Below, piece by piece: positions 43,573 to 54,125 of a stretch of 64,000 nt of DNA. Location of the stretch: assembly GCA_030038365.1 (NCBI GenBank), contig JASHPA010000196.1, positions 8,900 to 72,899 of the forward strand, given 5' to 3'. Under the pieces are notes generated by a model. That model searched no databases. It was not told where the DNA came from and worked only from the letters and a program-made list of their open reading frames with translations. Every line of letters starts with the position of its first letter. The first letter of the stretch is position 1. This DNA is from Nitrososphaerales archaeon (GTDB taxonomy: Archaea > Thermoproteota > Nitrososphaeria > Nitrososphaerales > Gagatemarchaeaceae). A program made the translations under genes and the position numbers.

Positions 43573-46338
43573 GTGACGTGGTCGATGCCGGAAAGAGACG
43601 ATTCCTTGAACGACGTAAAGGCTCGACTCCAAGAGAAGTTCTCGAAGGACTACGAGCAGTACTATGTCGTCGACCTCTTCAAGAGGAAGGGGTTCGTCAG
43701 GAAGAAGTGCGACTGCTGCGGCAAACACTTCTGGACGCTCGACCCAGCCCGCACCCGGTGCGACGACCAGCCCTGCTCGCCGTATACCTTCATCGGGGAC
43801 CCGCCCACCAAGACGAAGCTCGATTACATCAGCGCCTGGACGAAGGTAGCCGATTTCTTCCGCTCAAACGGCCACGCGATAATCCCGAGGTATCCCGTGG
43901 TGGCGCGATGGAGGCCTGACCTCTACTTCACGGTAGCATCGATCATAGACTTCCAGAGGATAGAGGGAGGCAAGGTTGTCTTCGAGCTCCCCACCAACCC
44001 TCTCGTGGTGCCACAGATGTGTCTGCGGTTCAACGACTTGGCAACGGTAGGGGTGAACGGCAAGCACAACTCGTCCTTCTGCATGGTCGGACAGACCGCA
44101 ATCGCGAACGAGGAAGGGTACTGGAAGGACAGGTGCATCGACCTCGACTTCGAGCTGCTCACCAAGGTGCTCGGCATCCCCGAGAAGGAAATCACATTCA
44201 TCGAGGGAGTGTGGGTCGGATACGGAGCCTTCGGCTATTGCATGGACTACTTCGCGCGCGGTCTCGAGCTCGGCAATGCCGTCTTCACGGCGTTCGAGGG
44301 CGACCTCACGCACTACACCGAGATGAGGGAGAAGGTAATCGACATGGGCGCGGGGCTCGAGAGGCTCGCTTGGATGACCCGAGGTACACCCACGTCCTAC
44401 GACGTCACCTTCGAGCCGATTCTCAAGCGGATGAGAGAGGCCTCCCCGGTGGAATACGACCACGACCTGTTCCTGAAGTACTCGAAGGTCGCGGGCGCCC
44501 TGAACGTGGACGACTTCCCCGACCTATCCGAGGCAAGGAAGATGATTGCAAACACGATAGGTGTCTCGGCTTCGGATCTGACACAGAAGCTGGCGCCGGT
44601 GGAGGCGCTTTACGCCGTCGCTGACCACTCCCGAACCCTCCTTTTCGCGATAGCAGACGGGCTGCTCCCAAGCAATGTAGGAGGAGGCTACAACCTCAGG
44701 GTCGTCTTCAGGAGGGCGCAGTCGTTCATCCAGAGGTACGGATTCAAGTTCGACCTCGTGGACGCGATCAACTGGCACATCGACGCGCTGAAGGGCATGT
44801 ATCCGGAACTCGAACAGCACAGGGGAGACGTCTCGGAGGTGCTGGATGTCGAGGCGAAGCGCTATGGCTCAGCGACGGAGCGGGTGTCCAAGACGATTGC
44901 CGGTCTATCGGGGTCAAAGAAGCAGCTCGGTACCGAGGACCTTGTTAGGCTCTATGATTCCGACGGTATCACCCCCGAACAGCTCGTGCAGGCGGGACTC
45001 AACGTCACGATTCCCGACGACTTCTATCAGCGCGTGGTCTCGAAGCATGTACTCCAGAAGGCAGAGGACAAGGGTCCCAAGTACGACATCTCCGACCTGC
45101 CAAACACGCGCGTGCTCTACTACGAGGATGTGAACCTGTTCGAGTTCGACGCTGAAGTCCTCAGGGCGTATGACGACGGGTTCGTCGTCCTCGACAAGAC
45201 CGCCTTCTATCCCCGGGGTGGGGGACAGGAACCGGACCACGGTACGATAGATGGCAGGAAGGTCGGCGAGGTGATAAAGTACGGCGCGATAGTCCTCCAC
45301 AAGCTACCCGGTGCTCCTCCTGCGATTGGCTCGACGGTCCACGGTATAGTGGACTCCGTGAGGCGGCAGAAGATCAAGCGCATACACACGGCGACGCACA
45401 TACTCAACGGTGCCTCGAGGCAGGTGCTGGGACCGTGGGTCTGGCAGCACTCAGCGTTCAAGGAGGCGAATTATGGGAGACTGGACATCACTCATTTCGC
45501 CCATCTCACAGATGCCGAGATACATAAGATCGAGGATGTCGCTAACGACGTCGTCATGAGGAACCTCCCCGTGACCATCTCGAACCTACCAAGGAGGGTG
45601 GCCGAGGAGAAGTACGGCTTCAGGATCTTCCAGGGAGGGGTCGTGCCTTCGGGGACGCTTAGGATAGTGAACATTGCAGACTGGGACGTCCAAGCCTGCG
45701 GCGGCACCCACGTGAAAACCACGGGCGAGGTGGGCCTGATCAAGATAGTGAAGACCGAGCGTATTCAGGACGGGGTCGAGAGACTCGATTTCGTCGCCGG
45801 CTACTCGGCGGTGGCCTATGTACAGGACATGTACACCACGATAGGGAAGTCGTCCTCGATACTCGGGACCCAGCGGGAGAACGTCGTGAAGGTGACCGAG
45901 GAGCTGAAGCAGAAGTTCGACGAATCCTCCAGGAAGGAGCGTCTCCTCGGGGAGAGGCTCGTGGAATCTTCGGTCGGACAGCTCATTTCTTCAGCGAAGC
46001 CCGTGAAGGGAGTAAAGGTTTATCTCTCCAGCGACCCTGACATGACCGAAGAACTGATTGTTAGCCAGGGGCAGAAGTCGGTAGCGGCAGATTCGAAGCT
46101 CGTCTACATTAACGCATCGCCCCGTGGAACTGCGGCCAGAGTCACATGCTTTGTAGGAAAGTCTGCCGTGGAGATGGGAGTCAGCGCGGACGCTATAGTC
46201 AGGGCAGTAGCGAAGGTCTTGGGTGGGGCCGGCGGCGGCACCAAGGAGTTCGCACAGGGTGGTGGTCCCAAGGCTGACCGAATGAACCAGGCATCCGAAA
46301 CTGTCTACGATAAGGTCTCGGAACTAGTCCGGAGTTAG
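43573..46338 (+). CDS. alaS: alanine--tRNA ligase
   Basis: 921 aa. Archaeal AlaRS N-terminus (KKCDCCGKHFWT...), editing-domain HTATHIL and CGGTH motifs, and a C-terminal DHHA1-like region. Confidence 0.97.
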   Translation: MTWSMPERDDSLNDVKARLQEKFSKDYEQYYVVDLFKRKGFVRKKCDCCGKHFWTLDPARTRCDDQPCSPYTFIGDPPTKTKLDYISAWTKVADFFRSNGHAIIPRYPVVARWRPDLYFTVASIIDFQRIEGGKVVFELPTNPLVVPQMCLRFNDLATVGVNGKHNSSFCMVGQTAIANEEGYWKDRCIDLDFELLTKVLGIPEKEITFIEGVWVGYGAFGYCMDYFARGLELGNAVFTAFEGDLTHYTEMREKVIDMGAGLERLAWMTRGTPTSYDVTFEPILKRMREASPVEYDHDLFLKYSKVAGALNVDDFPDLSEARKMIANTIGVSASDLTQKLAPVEALYAVADHSRTLLFAIADGLLPSNVGGGYNLRVVFRRAQSFIQRYGFKFDLVDAINWHIDALKGMYPELEQHRGDVSEVLDVEAKRYGSATERVSKTIAGLSGSKKQLGTEDLVRLYDSDGITPEQLVQAGLNVTIPDDFYQRVVSKHVLQKAEDKGPKYDISDLPNTRVLYYEDVNLFEFDAEVLRAYDDGFVVLDKTAFYPRGGGQEPDHGTIDGRKVGEVIKYGAIVLHKLPGAPPAIGSTVHGIVDSVRRQKIKRIHTATHILNGASRQVLGPWVWQHSAFKEANYGRLDITHFAHLTDAEIHKIEDVANDVVMRNLPVTISNLPRRVAEEKYGFRIFQGGVVPSGTLRIVNIADWDVQACGGTHVKTTGEVGLIKIVKTERIQDGVERLDFVAGYSAVAYVQDMYTTIGKSSSILGTQRENVVKVTEELKQKFDESSRKERLLGERLVESSVGQLISSAKPVKGVKVYLSSDPDMTEELIVSQGQKSVAADSKLVYINASPRGTAARVTCFVGKSAVEMGVSADAIVRAVAKVLGGAGGGTKEFAQGGGPKADRMNQASETVYDKVSELVRS

Positions 46339-46345
46339 CATCCCC

Positions 46346-49177
46346 GTGGCGCCCTACGAGAAATACTGGCTCAATGTATGGAATGAGAGGCGGCTCTTCG
46401 AATCCGGGCCGATCCAGGGGAAGAAGAAGGCCTTCGTGACCTTCCCGTTTCCGTACATGAACGGGCCACTTCACATAGGTCACTGCTTCACCGCCACCCG
46501 CGTCGACATCTACGCGCGGTTCAAGAGGATGCAGGGATACAACGTCCTGTTTCCCTGGGCGTGGCACTGGACCGGGGAGAGCATACCGGGCATGAGCTAC
46601 AGGCTCTCACAGGGGGACGAGTCGGTCAAGAAGGCGTTCCTCGAGATAGATGGCGTTCCTCCCAGGGAGGTCGAGCGCTTCGTCGACCCGGAGTACTTGG
46701 CTTCGTACTACACTCGCGTAAGCAGAGAGGCTGTGAAGGATACGGGGTTCTCGATCGATTGGCGCAGGGAATTCAGGACCGTGGACCCCGCCTTCAAGAA
46801 GTTCATCGAGTGGCAGTACCTGCGGCTGCGTGAGATGGGCTACGTCGTACAGGGGACGCACCCGGTAGTCTGGTGCAAACGTGACGAGAGCCCTACCGGA
46901 GACCACGACAGGATGGAGGGCGAGGGTGTCTCCCCTGAAGAGTTCAACCTGATCAAGTTCAAGCTCGGCGATCGCTGGCTGGTCGCTGGAACCCTGAGGC
47001 CCGAGACGATATTCGGCGCTACGAACCTCTGGTTGCATCCTGACGGTTCCTACTGCGACGCCGAGGTGGACGGAGAGGACTGGATTATCAGCGTCTCAGC
47101 CGCGAACAGGCTCGCCGAGCAGCGCCACAAGGTCAAGGTCACCCGCGAGTTCAAGGGCAAGGAGCTGTTTGGCATGTCCGTCGTGACGCCGATCACTGGC
47201 AGCGCTCTGCCTGTGCTGCCAGGCACCTTCGTGGACACGGAGCTTGTGACCGGGGTGGTGTACAGCGTACCCGCGCACGCACCCTACGACTATATGGGCC
47301 TAGTGGACCTGCAGAAAGGGACTACCTCGGACTCTCCCGAGATCGTTGAGCTGGCAAGGAAGATCGTCCCGAGACCAATGATTTCAATACAAGGATACTC
47401 CGATGTCCCGGCCCGTGACGAGGTCGAAAAGCGGGGCATCCAGAACTCCGAGGACTCTCGGCTCGAGGATGCGACGGCGGAGCTCTACAAGGCCGAGTTC
47501 CACAGGGGCGTCATGAGAGAGAACTGCGACGGCTATCGCGGGATGAAGGTGAACGAGGCGAAGCCGAAGGTTATCGAGGACATGAAGTCGCGCGGATTGC
47601 TCGCGGTGATGCAGGAACTACCAAGGAGGGTGGTCTGCAAGTGCGGCACCAGATGCTACGTCAAGATACTCGAGAACCAGTGGTTCCTCAACTACTCGGA
47701 CCCGGCGTGGAAGGAGAATACCAAGTCCCTCATCAGGCGCGCCAACGTCTATCCCGAGCAGTCGCTCGAATGGTACTTCTCGACTATAGACTGGCTCCGC
47801 AACTGGCCATGTGCCCGGAGGGCGGGTATGGGTACCAAGCTGCCGTGGGACAAGGAGTGGATAGTCGAGACCCTCTCGGACTCGACGATCTACATGGCGT
47901 TCTACACGATCAACCACCTGGTCAACGCCGAGAAGGTGAAGTTCGAGCAACTCATCCCGGAGGTCTTCGACTATGTGTTCCTGGGAAAAGGCTCCGAGGC
48001 GCACGTGGCCAAGCTCTCAGGGATCGACGCGAAGCTCCTAAACAACATGCGCAACGAATTCCTGTACTGGTACCCGGTCGACCTTAGGAACTCCGCGAAG
48101 GAGCTGATACCGAACCACCTGACATTCTTTGCCTTCCATCACGCGGCCATGTTCGAGGAGCCGCAGTGGCCCGTCGGGTTCAGCGTGAACGGAATGATCG
48201 AGATAGAGGGTCAGAAGATGAGCAAGTCCAGGAGCATCTTCGTGACGTGGAGACAGGCCCTCGACCGCTATGGGGCGGATGCACTGAGAGCGACGCTGGC
48301 TCTCGCGGCGGATGGGATGGACGACGCCGACTGGAAGGTCAAGAACGCGGAGGACAACCAGTTCAAGATAGATTCTCTGTTCAGTTTCATCGAGAAGGCG
48401 ATGCGCGAGTCGGAGAAGAGGGAGCCGAACCACCTCGACAACTGGCTGCTGTCGATGACCCACCGACGTGTAGAGGCTGTAACGGCGTCGCTAGAGATAA
48501 TGAGGACGAGAAGGGCGCTCAGCATCGCACTCCTTGAGATGTGGAACGACATCAGGTGGTATCTACGTCGCTCCGAGAAGCCGCGTCGAAAGACCCTCGA
48601 GCTGGTCTTCGCCGCGTGGATCAGGCTGCTTTCCCCCTTTACTCCCTTTGCTTCCGAGGAGCTCAACAAGAGGATGGGAGGGAAGGGTCTGCTGAGCACG
48701 GCGGACTGGCCGTCTCCAGTGGACTTCGCAATAAACGAGGAAGCAGAGATAGCTGAGCTGCTGGTGAACACGGTCATCGAGGACGGCAGGAATCTGCTCA
48801 AGATAATCAAAGAGAAGAAGACCACTCTGAACGTCTACACGTCCTCGGACGAGGCGTACCTCTACTTCGCGGAGCTGTACGAGGCCCAGCGGGCTGGAGG
48901 GAACCGCGGTGAGGTCATCAAAAAGTACGCCGCGACTGGGATAAAACCAGAGAGGATAATCAAGCGACAACACGAGCTCGGCGACGAGCTCACCGCAAAG
49001 CTGGTCTCGGTGAAGGGTTTCGACGAGTTCACTACGCTGGCAGGTGCATCAGCCTTCCTCTCCGGCGAACTCGGAATAGAAGTTAGGGTCTGCAAGGCGG
49101 GAGCAGCCGGGATTCACGATCCAGCCAAGAAGGCACCCGCGGCCCTCCCGTTCAAGCCCTCATTCTATCTGGAATAG
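46346..49177 (+). CDS. leuS: leucine--tRNA ligase (archaeal type)
   Basis: 943 aa. HIGH motif (NGPLHIGHCF), KMSKS motif (GQKMSKSRS) and a CP1 editing insertion. Confidence 0.97.
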   Translation: MAPYEKYWLNVWNERRLFESGPIQGKKKAFVTFPFPYMNGPLHIGHCFTATRVDIYARFKRMQGYNVLFPWAWHWTGESIPGMSYRLSQGDESVKKAFLEIDGVPPREVERFVDPEYLASYYTRVSREAVKDTGFSIDWRREFRTVDPAFKKFIEWQYLRLREMGYVVQGTHPVVWCKRDESPTGDHDRMEGEGVSPEEFNLIKFKLGDRWLVAGTLRPETIFGATNLWLHPDGSYCDAEVDGEDWIISVSAANRLAEQRHKVKVTREFKGKELFGMSVVTPITGSALPVLPGTFVDTELVTGVVYSVPAHAPYDYMGLVDLQKGTTSDSPEIVELARKIVPRPMISIQGYSDVPARDEVEKRGIQNSEDSRLEDATAELYKAEFHRGVMRENCDGYRGMKVNEAKPKVIEDMKSRGLLAVMQELPRRVVCKCGTRCYVKILENQWFLNYSDPAWKENTKSLIRRANVYPEQSLEWYFSTIDWLRNWPCARRAGMGTKLPWDKEWIVETLSDSTIYMAFYTINHLVNAEKVKFEQLIPEVFDYVFLGKGSEAHVAKLSGIDAKLLNNMRNEFLYWYPVDLRNSAKELIPNHLTFFAFHHAAMFEEPQWPVGFSVNGMIEIEGQKMSKSRSIFVTWRQALDRYGADALRATLALAADGMDDADWKVKNAEDNQFKIDSLFSFIEKAMRESEKREPNHLDNWLLSMTHRRVEAVTASLEIMRTRRALSIALLEMWNDIRWYLRRSEKPRRKTLELVFAAWIRLLSPFTPFASEELNKRMGGKGLLSTADWPSPVDFAINEEAEIAELLVNTVIEDGRNLLKIIKEKKTTLNVYTSSDEAYLYFAELYEAQRAGGNRGEVIKKYAATGIKPERIIKRQHELGDELTAKLVSVKGFDEFTTLAGASAFLSGELGIEVRVCKAGAAGIHDPAKKAPAALPFKPSFYLE

Positions 49178-49298
49178 AGCAATGTGCGTAAAGAATATTA
49201 TTCGGCTGCACGCTTTTCTCTCCGATATGTCGGAACGTCTCTCCGGGTGCTCTTCCAAAGGCTTGATAGACTACGATAATCAGGGCGGGAGAGAATAA

Positions 49299-50933
49299 AT
49301 GGCCAAGTATGTTCTGGTTTCTGATCCTACCCTCGCAAGGGAGTACAACAACTTCCCGCTGCTTGACTTCCTCCCCTGTGCTCCCAGCGGACCGGTGCCT
49401 GAGTTCATCTACAACTTTCTCAAGGGCAAGCGTACGCCGGATGACGGAGGAAGGGCGATTCTGGCCCCCTACGCCCTCAGGAAACTCGAGTCCGCCCTCC
49501 TGACCAGGAACAAGAAGGAGGATGTCGTTATAGCTCACGAGAATTTCATCGACGCCTTCATCAAAGATGATACCGAGATAATCGGGGTCTACACGATGGA
49601 TGGCCTCGGTCTTGGGCCGCTCACCATGTCCTACTCGATGCTGTTCGCTGACCAGTCGAAGCCATGGGTGAGGGTCGAGTTCGAGAGGATGATGAAGAGG
49701 ATCGACCGGGCCAGGAAAGGGAAGAAGGCGAAGGTAGTAGTCGGAGGGCCCGGCGTATGGGAACTGACCGTGATGCCCGAGATGATGGACGAACTCGGCA
49801 TAGACTTTGCGTTCCAGGGAGAGGCCGACGACATCATCAATGAGGTCCTCGAAGACATAGCAACCAACGCCATCTATGACAGGGGCTACTTCCAGGGTTA
49901 TCAGTCGTTCGACGAGGGCTTCCATAAGCAGTGGGTGAAACACGACCGCTTCATCACCCGCACAAAGACGGGGAAGCAGTTCCCGACCCTAAACGACATT
50001 CCGCTGATCCAGGGTCCGACCGTGAAGGGGCTGAGCGAGGTCATGCGGGGATGCGGGATCGGCTGCGACTTTTGCGAGGTCACCCTCCGGCCCATCCGCT
50101 ACTATACGCCGGAGATGGTGGCAAAGGAGGTCAGCGTCAACGCCAAATCCGGCAAGACGAGCGCCTGGCTCCACAGCGACGAGATTTTCGCCTATCATCA
50201 TGGCCCACACTTCGTCCCGAACGGCGACGCCATAATGGACCTCTTCCGCGCTACGATGGGGGTCAAGGGGATAGAATACACCAACCCGACCCATGGCAGG
50301 ATATCGATTCCAGCGGGATACCCAGACCTAGTGAAGCAGGTCTCTTCGGTGGTGCATGCCGGACCGGACAAATGGATAGGCGTCCAGGTCGGACTCGAGA
50401 CCGGCAGCGACAGGCTCGCCCTCGTCCATATGCCTAACAAGACACTGCCGCTCAAGATTGGCCCGGATGGATCCTGGCAGCAGATTGTAGCCGAGGGGGT
50501 CAGAGGAATGAACAGAGCGTACTGGAGACCGGCGTTCACCGTCCAGGTCGGACAGATGGATGAGACTCCGGACGATAACTGGGAGACCGTGGCCATGGTC
50601 AACCGGCTCAGCAACATGGACGTAGGAAGCCTTCCTTCGGAGTTCAGCGTGACACCCATGCAAAATGTGCCGCTGGGACGGATCAGGAGTAAGGACATCA
50701 CAGTCGAGATGCTAGACGAATCGCAGCTGGCCGTATACTACGCTTGTTATCGCCATCTTGCGAAGATGGTCAGGCGGGACTCCGTCAGAGACAGCAAAGG
50801 GAACCTCGCCCGACGCACCGCCATGTCGATGACCCTCAACCTTGGTGGGTGGGGCCTTCTGCACTACATCGAGCGCATGTGCAAGAAGCGCGGCCTCGAC
50901 CTCGAGAAGGTGAAGCGGTACGGGCTCAACTAG
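49299..50933 (+). CDS. radical SAM protein (archaeal large type with an N-terminal B12-binding-like domain)
   Basis: 544 aa. CxxxCxxC cluster motif in MRGCGIGCDFCEV. The N-terminal KYVLVSDPTLAREYNNFPLLDFLPCAP resembles the MJ0865/MJ1487-type family. Confidence 0.82.
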   Translation: MAKYVLVSDPTLAREYNNFPLLDFLPCAPSGPVPEFIYNFLKGKRTPDDGGRAILAPYALRKLESALLTRNKKEDVVIAHENFIDAFIKDDTEIIGVYTMDGLGLGPLTMSYSMLFADQSKPWVRVEFERMMKRIDRARKGKKAKVVVGGPGVWELTVMPEMMDELGIDFAFQGEADDIINEVLEDIATNAIYDRGYFQGYQSFDEGFHKQWVKHDRFITRTKTGKQFPTLNDIPLIQGPTVKGLSEVMRGCGIGCDFCEVTLRPIRYYTPEMVAKEVSVNAKSGKTSAWLHSDEIFAYHHGPHFVPNGDAIMDLFRATMGVKGIEYTNPTHGRISIPAGYPDLVKQVSSVVHAGPDKWIGVQVGLETGSDRLALVHMPNKTLPLKIGPDGSWQQIVAEGVRGMNRAYWRPAFTVQVGQMDETPDDNWETVAMVNRLSNMDVGSLPSEFSVTPMQNVPLGRIRSKDITVEMLDESQLAVYYACYRHLAKMVRRDSVRDSKGNLARRTAMSMTLNLGGWGLLHYIERMCKKRGLDLEKVKRYGLN

Positions 50934-50936
50934 CGC

Positions 50937-52142
50937 TTGGGCTTTTATCCTTCAACCATCTTAACACGCGTGCAGACCCTGCTGACCAGAACACCAAAGG
51001 CTGACCTCGACGAGGAAATCGGCTCTCTGGAGAGCCAACCCAGCCCTGTCCATAATCGCATCATAGCGCACATAGACATGGACTCGTACTATGCATCAGC
51101 GGAGACAAAAAGAAACCCCGCGCTCAAGGATAAGCCGATAGTGATAGGACCTGAGCCGAAGGAGGGGAAGGCCCGCGGCGTGGTCATCTCCTGCAACTAT
51201 GCAGCCAGGAAGTTCGGGTTGAGGTCTGCGATGCCGATATCGGAGGCTTGGAGGCTCTGCCCAACCGCCGTGTACCTTCCGCCCGACTTTCGGTACTATG
51301 AGTCGCTCTCCGACGAGGTGATGGGGATGATCAGAAGCAAGGTCAGAGTGTTCGAGCAGGTGAGCATCGACGAGGCGTTCGTGGACTTGGAGGACGTCGT
51401 CGGATCATTCGAGGAGGCGAGCGTATGGGTATCCCAGCTCAAAGAGGAGCTCAGGAGCAGGACCGGACTCACATGCTCCGTGGGTCTAGCGGAGACGAAG
51501 ACGGCTGCTAAGATCGCGACGGACCTGCACAAGCCGAACGGGATAACGATAATCGGTCCGGGACTCATCAAGGAGGCACTCGCTCCTCTGCCCGTCTCGG
51601 TCATCCCCGGGGTGGGCACGAAGACCGAACTCTTCCTGAAGGAGATGGGAATCTCGAAGATCTCCGACCTTCAGGCCATCGGTGCCGACCTGATGAAGAG
51701 GAGGCTCGGGAGGACCGGAGTCTGGCTCTGGGACGTTGTGAATGGGGTCGAGAAGGAAGGCGTAAGGGAGCACGAGCTGAAGTCCTTCAGCACTGAGAGG
51801 ACCTTTGAAGAGGACACGGAGAACTGGAAAGCTGTCGATGAACTGGTTACAGAGCTGTCAGTCGATCTGGCGGCCCGTCTGAAGGCTGCTCACGTCGTCT
51901 TCAGGAAGGTCGGTATCAAAATCCGTTTTCGGGGATTCGAGACCCACACCCGAGAGGTGCGACTCGCGACCTTCTCGAAGGAGCAGCACCTGATTGAGAG
52001 AGAAGCGCGAACGCTACTTCGCGAGTTCCATGAGAAGAAACTGCCTGTGAGATTGATCGGGCTCAGGGTCTCCGAGCTGAAGCTTGAGACGGCCGATCAA
52101 AGCAGCATGACCGCGTGGCTGGAGAAAAAAGGAGAGGGGTGA
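50937..52142 (+). CDS. dinB: Y-family DNA polymerase IV (Dpo4/Dbh-like)
   Basis: IAHIDMDSYYASAE (catalytic Asp pair), SIDEAFVDL and VGLAETKTAAKIA. The C-terminal QSSMTAWL looks like a PCNA-interacting (PIP) box. The N-terminal ~40 aa of the ORF may not be translated. Confidence 0.9.
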   Translation: MGFYPSTILTRVQTLLTRTPKADLDEEIGSLESQPSPVHNRIIAHIDMDSYYASAETKRNPALKDKPIVIGPEPKEGKARGVVISCNYAARKFGLRSAMPISEAWRLCPTAVYLPPDFRYYESLSDEVMGMIRSKVRVFEQVSIDEAFVDLEDVVGSFEEASVWVSQLKEELRSRTGLTCSVGLAETKTAAKIATDLHKPNGITIIGPGLIKEALAPLPVSVIPGVGTKTELFLKEMGISKISDLQAIGADLMKRRLGRTGVWLWDVVNGVEKEGVREHELKSFSTERTFEEDTENWKAVDELVTELSVDLAARLKAAHVVFRKVGIKIRFRGFETHTREVRLATFSKEQHLIEREARTLLREFHEKKLPVRLIGLRVSELKLETADQSSMTAWLEKKGEG

Positions 52143-52163
52143 GTAGACGCAGACGCGGAGCGC

Positions 52164-52304
52164 CTAGCCCCCAATCCGGAAGAGTTTGGTACCGCAGACA
52201 GGGCAGACACCCTGTGCCGCCTTCTTCCCGTTCTTCATGGTAATGTTCTGCGGGTTCTTCATTTCCCTCTTTGCTTTGCACTTGACACAATAGGCCTGGG
52301 TCAT
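52164..52304 (-). CDS. small zinc-ribbon protein (DUF5679-like), below the ORF-track cutoff
   Basis: Hand translation: MTQAYCVKCKAKREMKNPQNITMKNGKKAAQGVCPVCGTKLFRIGG (46 aa). CxxC...CxxC with the characteristic C-terminal FRIG. Confidence 0.7.
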   Translation of the reverse strand: MTQAYCVKCKAKREMKNPQNITMKNGKKAAQGVCPVCGTKLFRIGG

Positions 52305-52500
52305 TTTGGGTTCGCCTAATCACAAGCAGGCTCAAAAACAGCGTATAAACGTTGCAGAGTAGTTTTTCTTCTGTAATCGGACAACAATAACCCATTTTCC
52401 AACCACCCAGACCCTGAATAAAAACCGAGTCCGCTTCGAGGAAATATAATTCTAGCTTAATGTCAGCTAGGATTACGCATTTATTCTCACGGCATGGAAG

Positions 52501-52869
52501 CTACTTGCGCTGCAGATCGGACCTCATCTGTTCGTACTGCTCTTTGGATATCTCACCTCGAGCGTACCTCTGTCCGAGTATCTCCAGGGCATCAGGATCG
52601 TTGTAGCGCCAGGAGCCGCGGTAGTAGCCCCATCCGCCGCCCCATCCCCAGAGCGCGAGCCTGAACACGAAGAAGATGCCGATCACGAAGAGGAAGAACC
52701 CGAACGGGAAGAAGAACGGCCAGCCGTAGTAGTAACCAGGCCCGAAGTGGCCGAACGCGAAGAACAGCCCCGCCAGGAGACCGATGGCTAGAACCGCGAA
52801 GATACCCGCAAACAGCCATCTTAGAAGGCCTCGTCTTTTCTTTACCGCTCCGGCAGTGGTTGCAAACAT
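52501..52869 (-). CDS. membrane protein with C-terminal SHOCT domain
   Basis: 122 aa with two aromatic-rich TM segments. The C-terminal LEILGQRYARGEISKEQYEQMRSDL is the SHOCT motif. Confidence 0.7.
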   Translation of the reverse strand: MFATTAGAVKKRRGLLRWLFAGIFAVLAIGLLAGLFFAFGHFGPGYYYGWPFFFPFGFFLFVIGIFFVFRLALWGWGGGWGYYRGSWRYNDPDALEILGQRYARGEISKEQYEQMRSDLQRK

Positions 52870-52985
52870 TTTTTGTCTGATAAACGGTGAACCGCACCCG
52901 ATTTAAGTATATCGGAAAAGCGATATCGTAATCCCGATAAAAGCCGAAGGTATATGAACTCGGTTTTCCGATAGGGGTCGCGCCC

Positions 52986-53411
52986 ATGTGGCCCTTCCGC
53001 TGGATGATGCACAGGAAGCGCGGTCTCCGGATGGCTGTCGTCTCGATGCTCTCAGGCTCCCCGAAGAACGGCGCCGAGCTCATGGACGAGATCGAGAAGA
53101 TGACGCAGGGCTGGTGGAGACCTTCCCCTGGCTCCGTCTATCCTCTCCTCGAACAGCTGACCAAGGAAGGGATGATCAGGAAGAGAGATGACGGGCGCTA
53201 CGAGCTCACCGACAAGGCCGGAGAAGAACTCGAGTGGTCGTTCGGACCTTCGTTCAGACGACGTCCCTCGGTGGAGGATATGTTCGGCGAGATAAGTGGG
53301 TTCGTCTCTTACATGGAGGACCTCAAAAGAACGGACCCAGCGGCCGCAAAGGCGTACGCTGAGAAGCTCAAGGAACTATCGGCGCGTCTCTCGTCTCTTT
53401 CGGAAGAATAG
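52986..53411 (+). CDS. PadR-family transcriptional regulator
   Basis: MLSGSPKNGAELMDEIEKMTQGWWRPSPGSVYPLLEQLTKEGMIRKRDDGRYELT is the PadR wHTH. It is divergent from the SHOCT membrane gene. Confidence 0.85.
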   Translation: MWPFRWMMHRKRGLRMAVVSMLSGSPKNGAELMDEIEKMTQGWWRPSPGSVYPLLEQLTKEGMIRKRDDGRYELTDKAGEELEWSFGPSFRRRPSVEDMFGEISGFVSYMEDLKRTDPAAAKAYAEKLKELSARLSSLSEE

Positions 53412-53600
53412 GACCCGTTGCTCTCGCGACACACGATGCCTCACTGAAAGCTTAAGTGACGTTCTTCGCGACGTCATGCTGTTATGTCGCTCGATATCGC
53501 GGAATTGGAGGACGACGAGTTCGAAGCTGACTTTGAGACGGATGACTGGGACGAAGACTCCGAAGAAGAGGGCTTCTGACCGGCGACGTAACCGATAACT

Positions 53601-54014
53601 CTACGATACGATTTCTATCCAGATGCCGTTGGGATCCTCGATGTAGGCCCAGCGGCTCTTCTCGGTTTTTATCTCTGCGACGACCGGGTGTCCAGCATTC
53701 TTCGCCTGAGCCAAGAACGCGTCCATGTCCTCCACCTGGAACGCCAGGTGGTCGAGCTCCTCTCCGCTCGCGTACTTCGTGTTGAACCTGCTGCTCTCGT
53801 GGTAGTAGTTCAGCTCTAGCTGGAATCCACCCGCCTCGCTCTCCAGACTGACGACGACTCCTCCCGCAGCGGGAATCTCGCTCCTCTCGACCATCTTCAT
53901 CGCGAGCAGCCTACTATAGAAATCGACGGACTTGTCCAGGTCCTTCACTCTTATCCCCGTGTAGATGAATTTGGTCTTCAATCTGAACTCGCAGGTCATG
54001 CAGCGCAGAGGCAT
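53601..54014 (-). CDS. VOC-family protein (glyoxalase I-like)
   Basis: FIYTGIRVKDLDKSVDFYSRLLAM...QLELNYY...LDHLAFQVEDM...DPNGIWIEIV. Confidence 0.8.
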   Translation of the reverse strand: MPLRCMTCEFRLKTKFIYTGIRVKDLDKSVDFYSRLLAMKMVERSEIPAAGGVVVSLESEAGGFQLELNYYHESSRFNTKYASGEELDHLAFQVEDMDAFLAQAKNAGHPVVAEIKTEKSRWAYIEDPNGIWIEIVS

Positions 54015-54125
54015 ATGAGACTTACCGTGTTCACGACTTTCACCCCTTTACAGACGACATAAAACCAAAAGCAGGGCATCCAGTATAAGTGGCTCGGTTC
54101 CGGGGCTCCGCCCTTCGAGCGGAAT

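Noticed and set aside
52063-52395. 110-aa minus-strand ORF from the track
   Set aside because: Another minus-strand frame in the same place encodes a clean 46-aa DUF5679-type zinc ribbon (52164..52304). The 110-aa frame has no features and overlaps the dinB 3' end.
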